This document shows positions 26,704 through 36,338 of a DNA stretch of 54,520 bases, one piece after another (the stretch's first letter is position 1; every line of letters begins with the position of its first letter). The stretch covers positions 1 through 54,520 of the forward strand of contig JAEZJR010000271.1 of the NCBI GenBank assembly GCA_023415725.1. Reading direction: 5' to 3'. The translations under genes were made by a program, and so were the position numbers. The notes beneath the pieces were generated by a model. That model saw only the letters and a list, made by a program, of their open reading frames with translations. It had not been told where the DNA came from and did not search any database. This DNA comes from Acidobacteriota bacterium. GTDB lineage: Bacteria > Acidobacteriota > Blastocatellia > Pyrinomonadales > Pyrinomonadaceae.

Positions 26704-28233
26704 ATGTCAGGGGCTAGATCGGAGGTTTCCGAAAACAAATTCGCAGTTGCTTACGCTCGACTGAAGCCGCCCCCGGCGCGCGGCAACGATGGTGCGACTG
26801 CCTCGACCCTAGGAGATTCGAGATCTCAAGGGTCAATGCACCCCTTGCGAAATCACGGGGCGGTCAGCGTCTCACCCACTCCGGATAGGCCGGTGTCTCC
26901 AGATGCGGAGAATGCCGGCAGGGCTCCGCTTTACACCCCCATTTCCAAGGCAGAAAAGCAAAAAGAGAAACGAGCCGAGATCCTTCAAAGTGAAAACTGG
27001 CTCCTAAAACGCGGCCATACGTTGACCTACATCGGCGTGTTTCTGTTTACCGCAACGCTCTATTTCCGCCCGTATGAACTTTTCCCCGCACTTTCAGGCC
27101 TAAGTTCACTAGCGTTAGTGATCGCCATTGTGACGTTGCTTATTTATCTGCCGACACAGTTCGCGAGCGAAGGAAACCTCACCGCCATGACCACCGAGGT
27201 CAAGTGCATTCTTTTCATGGCGGTCTGGGGAGTGTTGACCATTCCAATCGCTAAAGAGCCCGGATTGGCATGGCAAACCTTCTCTGAAGTGTTCATCAAG
27301 GTCGTGTTGATGTTCATTATTATGGTCAACACGCTACGCACGGAGGGTAGGATCAAAGGCCTGGTTTGGCTCGCGATCGGCGTCGGTCTGATGCTCACAT
27401 ATCAGGCGATCGACCTTTACCAAAAAGGTGAATTCAAGACGGAAGGTTATCGTGTAAGCGTCGATTTCGGCGGAATGTTCGGGAACCCGAACGACCTCGC
27501 AATGCACCTCGCTATCGTTACTCCATTAGCGGTGGTCTTGGGTCTTTCTACACGGAATTTTCTATTAAAGGCCGCATATTTCGGGTTCACCGCGGCAATG
27601 ATCGTGGGTAACATGGTAACCCAGTCGCGCGGGGGATTTCTTGGATTGATGGCTGCAGGCGGCGTCTTGGCTTGGAAACTGGGCCGGCGCAAGAGATTGA
27701 AGGCCGTGATGATACTCTTGCTGTTCGGCGTGAGTTTTCTGGCGTTTGCTCCGAGCAACTACGGGGTTCGGATAATGTCGATATTCGATACGGCTCTCGA
27801 TCCAGTGGGCTCCTCCAATCAGCGTACGGAATTGTTAAAACGGTCCATCTTAGTAACGATTCGAAATCCGCAAGGCATCGGAATCGGCAATTTCCCGGTC
27901 GTGGGGCAGGGAAACCGTCAGACACACAACTCCTTTACTCAAGTCTCGTCTGAACTTGGATGGTTATGTTTCGGAGCATACCTGATCCTCCTTTTCAGTC
28001 CGTATCGAAAACTCGGCTTGATCGAACAGGAGTTGGATGAGGCGAATGAGCATTCGTGGAACTACTTTATGGCCATCGGGGTCCAGGCAGCGCTGGCGGC
28101 GTTCATGGCTTCGAGCTTTTTCGGTTCGGTTGCATACCACTGGTACGCCTATTACCCGATAGCATTTGCAATTTGCTTGCGGCGGCTTCACGCGGAACGG
28201 AACGTCCGTGTATCTGTCGACGTCCGATCGTGA
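26704..28233 (+). CDS. O-antigen ligase/polymerase-like membrane protein (Wzy_C type)
   Basis: At least 10 hydrophobic segments. Characteristic loop GNMVTQSRGGFLGL. The ~100-aa hydrophilic N-terminus leaves the exact start uncertain. Confidence 0.8.
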   Translation: MSGARSEVSENKFAVAYARLKPPPARGNDGATASTLGDSRSQGSMHPLRNHGAVSVSPTPDRPVSPDAENAGRAPLYTPISKAEKQKEKRAEILQSENWLLKRGHTLTYIGVFLFTATLYFRPYELFPALSGLSSLALVIAIVTLLIYLPTQFASEGNLTAMTTEVKCILFMAVWGVLTIPIAKEPGLAWQTFSEVFIKVVLMFIIMVNTLRTEGRIKGLVWLAIGVGLMLTYQAIDLYQKGEFKTEGYRVSVDFGGMFGNPNDLAMHLAIVTPLAVVLGLSTRNFLLKAAYFGFTAAMIVGNMVTQSRGGFLGLMAAGGVLAWKLGRRKRLKAVMILLLFGVSFLAFAPSNYGVRIMSIFDTALDPVGSSNQRTELLKRSILVTIRNPQGIGIGNFPVVGQGNRQTHNSFTQVSSELGWLCFGAYLILLFSPYRKLGLIEQELDEANEHSWNYFMAIGVQAALAAFMASSFFGSVAYHWYAYYPIAFAICLRRLHAERNVRVSVDVRS

Positions 28234-28239
28234 TCCGCT

Positions 28240-29388
28240 ATGACCTTGATGCTTGAGATCATCTTTTGGAGTGCAGCTGGGCTAGTGGCATACGTATATA
28301 TCGGCTATCCGATATTGGTGTACCTGGTCGGTCGCTTATTCCCGCGACGCGTTGCGGGAAACACTTTCGAGCCTACAGTATCTCTTATCATTGCTGCCTA
28401 CAACGAAGAAAGGGACATCGGTGCAAAACTTCAGAATACGTTGGAATTGGAGTACCCAGAGAACAGGCTTGAGATCATTGTTGTTTCAGATTGTTCCTCC
28501 GATCGTACAGACGAGATCGTTCGTGAGTTTTCATCTAGTGGTGTGAGGTTGTTACGGCAGAGCGAGCGGCGCGGCAAGACCGCCGCTCAGAACGCAGCGG
28601 TCCAAACCGCGAAGGGCGAGATTATTCTGTTCTCCGACGCAACCTCCATCTACAAGGCAGATGTCCTGCGAGAGATAATGCAGAATTTTGCCGATCCTAC
28701 GGTCGGCTGTGTCGCGGGACGCTTGGTTTACGTGGATAAGGCTGGATCAGGAGTGGGCGAGGGCGCTAAGAAATATTGGAGCTACGAAACATTTCTCAAA
28801 GAAAATGAAAGCCGGGCGTGTTCACTGATCGGTGTGTCCGGATGCATTTACGCGGTAAGGAGATCGGCATATGTGCCTATGTACGAGGAAGCCTGTTCGG
28901 ATTTCCTTATATGCACGATCGTTTATCGCCAGGGCTTGCGAACTGTATATCAACCGTCGGCTGTATGCTACGAGGACACCAACACCCGGACGACCGAAGA
29001 ATTCCGCATGCGTGTCAGGATAATCTCACAAACCTTCACCGATCTTTGGCGAAACCGTGACATGATGAATCCTCTCAACGCGGGCTTCTACGCGGTCCAG
29101 CTCCTGTCGCACAAATTGCTGCGATACGCCGTACCGCTTTTTTTGATCATCATGTTGGTCACCTCCGGCGCTCTGGTCGGCTCGATGTTTTACGCGACGA
29201 TCTTTGCATTGCAGTTGTTGTTTTATTTCATCGCGGCCGGTGACTGGGCGATCCAGAAATGGGGCGTGGATCTCAGGATTGCTACGGTCCCAAGGTACTT
29301 TTGCCTTGCCAATCTCGCCTCGGTCGCGGGATTTTACAAGTTTTTAAAGGGGGAACGTTTCGCGCGGTGGGAGCCGATTCGCGATTGA
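28240..29388 (+). CDS. Membrane-anchored family 2 glycosyltransferase
   Basis: N-terminal TM. GT-A motifs SLIIAAYNEE, VVSDCSSDRTDEI and FSDAT. C-terminal TM helices. Confidence 0.9.
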   Translation: MTLMLEIIFWSAAGLVAYVYIGYPILVYLVGRLFPRRVAGNTFEPTVSLIIAAYNEERDIGAKLQNTLELEYPENRLEIIVVSDCSSDRTDEIVREFSSSGVRLLRQSERRGKTAAQNAAVQTAKGEIILFSDATSIYKADVLREIMQNFADPTVGCVAGRLVYVDKAGSGVGEGAKKYWSYETFLKENESRACSLIGVSGCIYAVRRSAYVPMYEEACSDFLICTIVYRQGLRTVYQPSAVCYEDTNTRTTEEFRMRVRIISQTFTDLWRNRDMMNPLNAGFYAVQLLSHKLLRYAVPLFLIIMLVTSGALVGSMFYATIFALQLLFYFIAAGDWAIQKWGVDLRIATVPRYFCLANLASVAGFYKFLKGERFARWEPIRD

Positions 29389-29390
29389 AC

Positions 29391-31049
29391 ATGGAGAACG
29401 GCGTCGAAATATTAGAAAAGGAGTCCGTACCGTTGAAAGATACGGAACACTCACTTACGAAGCAGAGTCTTTGGATCTTGACTGCAAAGACCATCGGTTT
29501 CGTGTTGAGCGTACTCCTTCCGCTTCTTGTCGTGCGGCACCTTACTCAAGAGTCTGTCGGAATTTATCGCCAGGCGTTTCTTGTTATTGTGAGCGCGACT
29601 TCCATCATTCCGATGGGATTCAGCATGAGCGCCTATTACTTTCTCAATAGGAAACCGGAATACCGTGAATCAGCGATCCTAAACATAGTTGTCTTCAACT
29701 TCCTTGCCGGTGGCTTGGCATTTATCGCTTTATTCACAAATCCCGGCATTCTGACGGCACTTTTCCGTGATGATCAAATGGCTTCGCTCGCACCGGTGAT
29801 CGGGTTGGCGATCTGGCTCGCGATCTTCTCGACGTTCCTGGAAACGGCCGCTTTAGCGAACAGGGAAGCAAAGCTTGCGACCGGGATCATCATCTTTTCA
29901 CAACTTAGCCGGGCTGCAGTTATGGGAGGGGCGGCGGTAATATTCGAATCTGCGGAGGCGATAGTCTATGCCGCTGTGGTCCACGGGGTCGGGCAGGCCG
30001 TGGTATTGATGATTTTTCTGAATTCTCGTTTTCCGCGTTTTTGGATGGCTTTTAATTGGCAGTTCTTTAAAGAACATTTAAGGTACGCCTTGCCGTTCGG
30101 TTTTGCCGCTTTGCTCTACAACGCTCAGGCAGATTTGCATCATTATTTCGTCGCACACGAATTCAGCACTGTCGATTATGCCGTCTACGCCTACGGATGC
30201 TTCCAACTTCCGTTGATCTGGGCGTTATACGAATCGATCACCGCCGTACTGCTTCCTCGGATGAGCGAGTTGCAGTCCCAGGGCCGTACCCGAGAGATGC
30301 TGGCGATGACGGCCCGCGGCGTTCATAAATTGGCCTTTCTGTACCTGCCGATGTTCGTCTTCCTTTTGATCGTAGCCGACGTATTCGTTACAACACTGTT
30401 CACAAGTAAATTCGCGGCAAGTATCCCAGTTTTTCGAATCAATTTGCTGTTATTGCCGTTATATTGCCTGATACTGGATCCTCTCGAGCGTTCGTTCAAA
30501 GAACTGGGTTCCTTCCTTACCAAGGTTAGGATAGTTGTGGTCGCCGGACTTGCAACATCTCTATATTTCGGAGTGCAAGACTTTGGGCTCACTGGCGTGA
30601 TATCGATAGTTGTTTTCTTCGTACTGATAGAACGTTTGATATCTGTATGGCGGGTCTCGCGTCTGCTTGGATTTCAACCGTCTGACATAAGGCTCTTCGC
30701 AGGCGTCGGCCGCGTGGCGATCGCCGCCACCGCCTCCGGGGCCGTACTGCTTCTCCTTTATGTTACTGGGGCCAACATAATACTAACGGCGCTGACGGAT
30801 CTCTGCCGCACGGTCCTCGCGCATTTGGGCTTTAGATCGGGTTGGGATTTCGCCGCGGGAAGTATTCTCCTGGGGATCTCTGCCCTGGTTTACGGTGGGG
30901 TCTATCTGGCACTCGCCGCTAGATTTGACGCGATCGACCGTGAGGAACTTTCAAGAATAAGATCAGCCTTCGACCGGATCGTCGCACGGGGCCAGGGCGT
31001 CCGGGTGTGGTTATTCGGTCCGCGAGTAATAAGTGGAACAACCGATTGA
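29391..31049 (+). CDS. Polysaccharide flippase (Wzx/MOP superfamily)
   Basis: Start at ATG 29391, just after the GT2 stop. About 14 hydrophobic helices throughout, with the size and pattern of MOP flippases. Confidence 0.85.
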   Translation: MENGVEILEKESVPLKDTEHSLTKQSLWILTAKTIGFVLSVLLPLLVVRHLTQESVGIYRQAFLVIVSATSIIPMGFSMSAYYFLNRKPEYRESAILNIVVFNFLAGGLAFIALFTNPGILTALFRDDQMASLAPVIGLAIWLAIFSTFLETAALANREAKLATGIIIFSQLSRAAVMGGAAVIFESAEAIVYAAVVHGVGQAVVLMIFLNSRFPRFWMAFNWQFFKEHLRYALPFGFAALLYNAQADLHHYFVAHEFSTVDYAVYAYGCFQLPLIWALYESITAVLLPRMSELQSQGRTREMLAMTARGVHKLAFLYLPMFVFLLIVADVFVTTLFTSKFAASIPVFRINLLLLPLYCLILDPLERSFKELGSFLTKVRIVVVAGLATSLYFGVQDFGLTGVISIVVFFVLIERLISVWRVSRLLGFQPSDIRLFAGVGRVAIAATASGAVLLLLYVTGANIILTALTDLCRTVLAHLGFRSGWDFAAGSILLGISALVYGGVYLALAARFDAIDREELSRIRSAFDRIVARGQGVRVWLFGPRVISGTTD

Positions 31050-31069
31050 GAATTGAGTTTATTAACGCA

Positions 31070-31786
31070 ATGGGAAAACCTCAAAACAGAGTACAGATCA
31101 ACAACCGGTTTCCAACTTACAATGACTACCTAAGTCATGAGTGGGAAAAATTCCGGCAGAGTCCGGAGCGCTGGAAAGCATCGCTGGACGCTGTGTCAGA
31201 AGTTAATGTACGTCGGGCCCTCGACATCGGTTGTGGGGCAGGGCAAGAAATGCTTCCCTTCGTTTCGAAAGGAGCAGAGGGGGTTGGTATCGACGTCATG
31301 CCTGAAGTAGGCCAAGTCGGTCGGCAGTTGTATTCCGAGGAAGGGTTGATCGAGAAGGTCACTTTCCTTAGAGCTTCGGGGAACCATCTCCCGTTCGCTG
31401 ACGAAACATTCGACGTGCTGATCTGCCGCGTTGCCCTAAGCTTCATGGACAATAAGTCCGCACTCAGGGAAATGGCTCGGGTAATGGCGCCCGGGGGAAA
31501 GTTTCTTCTTAAGTACCAGAGCCCAAATTATTACTGGAACAAATTGCGGTCTGGGATCGTCGAAGCGTACCCGAAATCTTCCATCTACGCTGCGAGGGTA
31601 TTGTACGCAGGATATGTGTATCAATTAACCGGGAGGCAAACATATGATCCATTTACGGCGGCTGGTGAGATCTTCCAGACCGAGCGGACCCTTAAACGGG
31701 AGATAGAGCCGCTAGGGTTACGCGTGACCGGTTATCTTCCTGATACGAATGTGCTGACACCTTCGGTGGTGATCACAAAACAATAA
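31070..31786 (+). CDS. Class I SAM-dependent methyltransferase
   Basis: Start at ATG 31070. SAM motif I LDIGCGAGQE, then GIDV and FDVLICRVAL. Confidence 0.85.
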   Translation: MGKPQNRVQINNRFPTYNDYLSHEWEKFRQSPERWKASLDAVSEVNVRRALDIGCGAGQEMLPFVSKGAEGVGIDVMPEVGQVGRQLYSEEGLIEKVTFLRASGNHLPFADETFDVLICRVALSFMDNKSALREMARVMAPGGKFLLKYQSPNYYWNKLRSGIVEAYPKSSIYAARVLYAGYVYQLTGRQTYDPFTAAGEIFQTERTLKREIEPLGLRVTGYLPDTNVLTPSVVITKQ

Positions 31787-31838
31787 GCAGAAGATACCCG
31801 AAGCTGTTATCTGAAAACTAACGAGACCTAGTACTGGA

Positions 31839-33002
31839 TTGAAACGAAACATCCTACAACTCATCGACAGCTTTGAAGTTGGTGGCACCGAACGCCAGGC
31901 TGTGCAGCTTTCACGTCATATCAAAGAAAACGGGAACTATCAGGTTTATATCGGATGCCTCGATGACAAGGGTCCACTTCGACCTGAGGCTGAGAATATA
32001 AGTGGTGAAGATATTCCTGAATTCAGACTGAACAGCTTTTATGACGTCAACTTCTGGTCGCAGATCCGGCGGTGCATCGCTTACATTAAGGAAAGAGAGA
32101 TCAGCATCATTCACACCCACGACTTCTATACCAACACCTTTGGGATGTTGGCTGCATTCCTTGCTGGTGTTCCGGTGCGTATCGCATCGAAGCGCAATAC
32201 TTTCAGCAAAACGCGGAATCAGATGCTTGTCGAGCGTCAGGCTTTTCGCGTCGCGGATCGTATCGTGGTGAACGGCAATGCCGTTAGGGCCTCGCTCGTC
32301 ATGAAGGGAGTTCCAGTACGAAAGATCGTCCAAATATGCAATGGAATAGATCTAAACCAGTTTGAGCCTGAAACGAAAGTCTCTAAGCTGGATCGCTTAA
32401 GACGGCTGGGATTGGAGCAACTTGTAGACAAGAAGGTCATCACGATCGTTGCGAATTTGCGCAGCGAGGTGAAGAACCACAGCATGTTCCTTCGCACGGC
32501 CCAACATGTAAAAGGCCAATTCGGCAACGTGGCGTTCGTGATCGCTGGAGAAGGCGAACTGATAGAATCCCTGAGGTCCGAAGCGATAGCACGTGGAGTT
32601 GCAGAAAGCACTTACTTTATTGGCCGCTGCGATGATGTGCCTGCTCTTCTTTCGATCTCGGATGTATGTATGCTGACCTCACGGTCGGAAGGCTTCTCAA
32701 ATTCGGTCCTTGAGTATATGGCCGCGGCCAAGCCCGTTGTCGCTACGAATGTGGGAGCGACCCCCGAAATCGTCCGAGATGGAAAGACAGGATTTCTGGT
32801 ACCTTCCAATGATGACGTAATGGCGTGCGAAAGAGTGCTGACTTTATTGCATGATGCGGATCTTGCCGATAGGTTCGGTGAGCAAGGAAAAGGCATCGTC
32901 AACGAGGAGTATTCGGTTTCGGCACAACTCGGTCAGGTGCTCGGCTTATACGATGAGCTCCTAAGCATGAAACGAAGGATCAAGGTACGGGGGCGAGTTT
33001 AG
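31839..33002 (+). CDS. Family 4 glycosyltransferase (GT-B)
   Basis: TTG start with no nearby in-frame ATG. N-terminal GGTERQ. C-terminal E-x7-E region SRSEGFSNSVLEYMAAAKPVVATNVG. Confidence 0.88.
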   Translation: MKRNILQLIDSFEVGGTERQAVQLSRHIKENGNYQVYIGCLDDKGPLRPEAENISGEDIPEFRLNSFYDVNFWSQIRRCIAYIKEREISIIHTHDFYTNTFGMLAAFLAGVPVRIASKRNTFSKTRNQMLVERQAFRVADRIVVNGNAVRASLVMKGVPVRKIVQICNGIDLNQFEPETKVSKLDRLRRLGLEQLVDKKVITIVANLRSEVKNHSMFLRTAQHVKGQFGNVAFVIAGEGELIESLRSEAIARGVAESTYFIGRCDDVPALLSISDVCMLTSRSEGFSNSVLEYMAAAKPVVATNVGATPEIVRDGKTGFLVPSNDDVMACERVLTLLHDADLADRFGEQGKGIVNEEYSVSAQLGQVLGLYDELLSMKRRIKVRGRV

Positions 33003-33006
33003 AGCG

Positions 33007-34149
33007 ATGTCATCAAAGACGGAACAGAATGGGCCGATCCGTGTGTTGCTCGTAGGACCTGACCTTCCCATAGTCGGAGGACAGACAGTGCAGGCGCGGT
33101 TGCTTGTTGAAAAGTTCCAAAATGACGCCGAAGTCCAGCTTGACCTACAGGCGATCAATCCTAGATTTCTACCGAGACTCCAGTCCGTCAAGTATCTACG
33201 CACTGCCGTAACAACAATTAAATATCTCTATGATCTTTTGACCCGGATTCCGAGATACGACGTTATACATATCTTCTCCGCGTCTTATTTTTCGTTCGTC
33301 CTTGCCCCTACTCCAGCGGTAGCGATCTCACGTTTGTTCCGCAAAAGGACGGTGCTGAATTACAGGAGCGGAGAAGCGGATGACCACTTCACTCGGTGGA
33401 AGACCGCGATCTCGACCGTCAAACTCTTCGACCGCGTAATTGCTCCATCAGGTTATTTGGTTGATGTATTCAAAAAGCATGATGTAACTGCCCATACTAT
33501 CTTCAATGTTGTAGATACGGGGAAATTCAGATTTCGGAGTCGCAGCCCACTTCGCCCGGTATTCCTTTCAAACAGGAATCTTGAGCCTCTTTATAATGTT
33601 GGATGCGTGATTCGAGCGTTTGCCAAGATCCAGAAAGCAATTCCATATGCGCGGTTGATGATCGTTGGCGATGGCAGTCAGAGAGGAACTCTCGAGAAAC
33701 TCGTAAAGGAATTAGGATTGACGGAAGTACATTTTCTTGGTTCTGTTCCGCCGTCAGAAATGCCCGGCATCTATGATCAGGCGGATATATATCTGAACAC
33801 CCCGAACCTCGATAACATGCCGAACTCGATAATCGAGGCGTTTGCGAGCGGCCTCCCCGTTGTGTCGACCAACGCCGGCGGCATCCCTTACATCGTTCAA
33901 CACGAACGAAATGGACTTCTTGTCGAAGTCGGCGACCATGAGGGGTTGGCGCTGGAGGCGATTCGGCTTCTCGATGATCCGAAGATTGCGGAAGGGCTTA
34001 TTGAACACGCATTCGCGGATTGTGCCAATTACTCCTGGGAGAGTGTTCGCAGCCAGTGGGTTGAGCTATATCAAGAGTTGGTGGAAGCTCGGGGGAGCCT
34101 TTCCGTTGCTGCACCTGAAAGTAATCTCACCGCCAGTGTCGAGAATTGA
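33007..34149 (+). CDS. Family 4 glycosyltransferase (GT-B)
   Basis: VGPDLPIVGGQT near the N-terminus. C-terminal NMPNSIIEAFASGLPVVSTNAGGIPYIV. Confidence 0.88.
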   Translation: MSSKTEQNGPIRVLLVGPDLPIVGGQTVQARLLVEKFQNDAEVQLDLQAINPRFLPRLQSVKYLRTAVTTIKYLYDLLTRIPRYDVIHIFSASYFSFVLAPTPAVAISRLFRKRTVLNYRSGEADDHFTRWKTAISTVKLFDRVIAPSGYLVDVFKKHDVTAHTIFNVVDTGKFRFRSRSPLRPVFLSNRNLEPLYNVGCVIRAFAKIQKAIPYARLMIVGDGSQRGTLEKLVKELGLTEVHFLGSVPPSEMPGIYDQADIYLNTPNLDNMPNSIIEAFASGLPVVSTNAGGIPYIVQHERNGLLVEVGDHEGLALEAIRLLDDPKIAEGLIEHAFADCANYSWESVRSQWVELYQELVEARGSLSVAAPESNLTASVEN

Positions 34150-36170
34150 TCAACGTAGTTCGAAAACTGGGTAATAAGAGTTGGGCCGAAATTACTGATC
34201 GGTCGCGTCAGCATCTGTCTCGAAAGCTTGAATCGATCGGATTACGAGATGGTGCCCGCTCTCTTGAATCAGAAAAATTCTTGCGTGCTTTTTCTCGTGG
34301 GCAAATAACGAGTCCTGATGAATTGCTAGATCATTTTAGATCACGAACTGTACCGTTCTATTCATCCTTTGACTCTCTAGATCGAACGATCGCGATAACA
34401 AGACAAAGATTTCCGGAACACGTCGACCAAGTGCTCGGCCTCGCGGATCGTATCCTCAGAGGTAGCCACGACCTGCTCGGATACAGAGATCTTTATTTTA
34501 AGAAGGCGGTTCCCGATTGGCATTTCGATCCGATCTCCGGAAAAACCTCCCCTAGGATCCACTGGTCACGGATCGAAGAGATCAGCGCAGCCGAGACTGG
34601 CGACAAGAAGGTCATTTGGGAACTCAACCGACATCAATATTTTGCCACTCTAGGCCAAGCGTACTTGCTGACTGGCGATGAACGTTATGCCGAAACGTTT
34701 TCTCGTCACTTGAGCGATTGGTTCGACAATAATCCGCCCAAGATCGGAGTCAACTGGCTCTCCAGCCTTGAGCTCGCATTTCGTTCGATCTCGTGGATTT
34801 GGGCCTTTCATTTCTTCAAAGACTCCAGCCAAATGACAGGGGCCTTGCTTCTAAAGATGCTGATGTTCATGCGGTTGAACGGGCGGCATCTCGAAACCTA
34901 CCTTTCAACCTACTTCAGCCCGAACACGCATTTGACCGGCGAGGCCTTAGGTCTGTATTACCTTGGATCATTTCTTCCTGAATTGCCTGAAGCATCTCGA
35001 TGGAAAGAACTTGGTTATAAGATCCTGCTGGACACCTTCGACGTTCATGTGGGCGACGACGGGGTCTATTGTGAACAATCGAGCCATTACCACCGTTACA
35101 CGGCCGACTTTTATTCAAATCTTCTGATCCTACGTAGCCTTTGGTGTGAGGAAATTGAGCCGAAGCATCGACGAAAGCTTGAGTTGCTTTTTGACCACAT
35201 GCTGCATATAACCCAACCCAACGGAAAAACGCCGCTGTTCGGTGACGACGATGGGGGGCGATTGTTTTTTCTAGACTCTACTCCCATTGACGATTTCCGC
35301 CCTACCATGGCTCTGGGGGCCACGTTGTTTGAACGTGGCGATTTGAAGTACGTGGCCCCCGATCCGTCGCCAGAACTCTTGTGGCTACTGGGACAAGAGG
35401 GCCTGGAGAAATTCGATTCGATAATGCCGGCAGTGCCAACCGAGAATTCCCGCGCCTTTGCCAATGGGGGAATATTCGCAGCACGAAACTCCTGGGATTC
35501 AGAGGCAGATCATATTGTGATCGATTGCGGTCCACATGGGTTTTTGAACGGTGGACACGCCCACGCTGACGCGTTGAATGTGATCGTATCGTTCCGAGGG
35601 TTCCCCTTGTTCATCGATTCCGGTACGTTCAATTATACGTCCGATCTCGCCGCACGTGATCGGTTCCGTTCGACAGCCGCGCACAATTGCCTGACTGTAA
35701 ATGGAAAAGGCAGTTCCGAGCCCGCGGGGCCATTTTCTTGGCGGACGACTGCGAAAAGCAGCCTCGTCGAGTGGAGCGACGATGGAGACGTTGTGCGTTT
35801 CGCCGGAGCGTCCGATGGTTTCCGCGAGTTTGGGGTCGACTACGCTCGCGAAGTTGAGTTTTCAATTCTTGGCGGAATCGCAATACATGACCGGATTGCT
35901 AGTGTTGGTGAAAATTCGTTTGAACTGAACTTCATTCTCGCACCGAAACTTGAAGCGAAGGTCGATTCCGGTTCGGTTGTGGTCTTCGACGGAGACGAGC
36001 CATTTGCGAAAGTCGAGGCAAGTATCTCTGGCAGTCAAAGGTTTGAGTGGCTTATCGAAGATTGGTCGGTCTCTTTCCGATACGGTTCCGTCACACCGAC
36101 AAAACGGCTCCGCCTCATGATACGATCGTCAGGCAATTTTGTTATCACCAATAGTATCAATCATTTGTGA
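34146..36170 (+). CDS. Heparinase II/III-like protein (alginate-lyase-like N-domain plus heparinase II/III C-domain), no signal peptide
   Basis: TTG start overlapping the preceding stop. WELNRHQYF and WLSSLELAFRSISWIW are typical of the alpha/alpha toroid domain. GGHAHADALN is typical of the C-terminal heparinase II/III domain. Confidence 0.8.
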   Translation: MINVVRKLGNKSWAEITDRSRQHLSRKLESIGLRDGARSLESEKFLRAFSRGQITSPDELLDHFRSRTVPFYSSFDSLDRTIAITRQRFPEHVDQVLGLADRILRGSHDLLGYRDLYFKKAVPDWHFDPISGKTSPRIHWSRIEEISAAETGDKKVIWELNRHQYFATLGQAYLLTGDERYAETFSRHLSDWFDNNPPKIGVNWLSSLELAFRSISWIWAFHFFKDSSQMTGALLLKMLMFMRLNGRHLETYLSTYFSPNTHLTGEALGLYYLGSFLPELPEASRWKELGYKILLDTFDVHVGDDGVYCEQSSHYHRYTADFYSNLLILRSLWCEEIEPKHRRKLELLFDHMLHITQPNGKTPLFGDDDGGRLFFLDSTPIDDFRPTMALGATLFERGDLKYVAPDPSPELLWLLGQEGLEKFDSIMPAVPTENSRAFANGGIFAARNSWDSEADHIVIDCGPHGFLNGGHAHADALNVIVSFRGFPLFIDSGTFNYTSDLAARDRFRSTAAHNCLTVNGKGSSEPAGPFSWRTTAKSSLVEWSDDGDVVRFAGASDGFREFGVDYAREVEFSILGGIAIHDRIASVGENSFELNFILAPKLEAKVDSGSVVVFDGDEPFAKVEASISGSQRFEWLIEDWSVSFRYGSVTPTKRLRLMIRSSGNFVITNSINHL

Positions 36171-36338
36171 TTAATGTTTGCCAGCCTACAATTGTCGACT
36201 CAACAGCCGTGAAATAATTCAATACAGTTACCCTATCGGCCCCCAACGGATTCGCAGACCTCGGTATTCATCTTTCAATGATCTACCGCAGTCCGGCACC
36301 TTCTGGGCGCCGGCTAGGCATTCTTATACCAGAAATCG

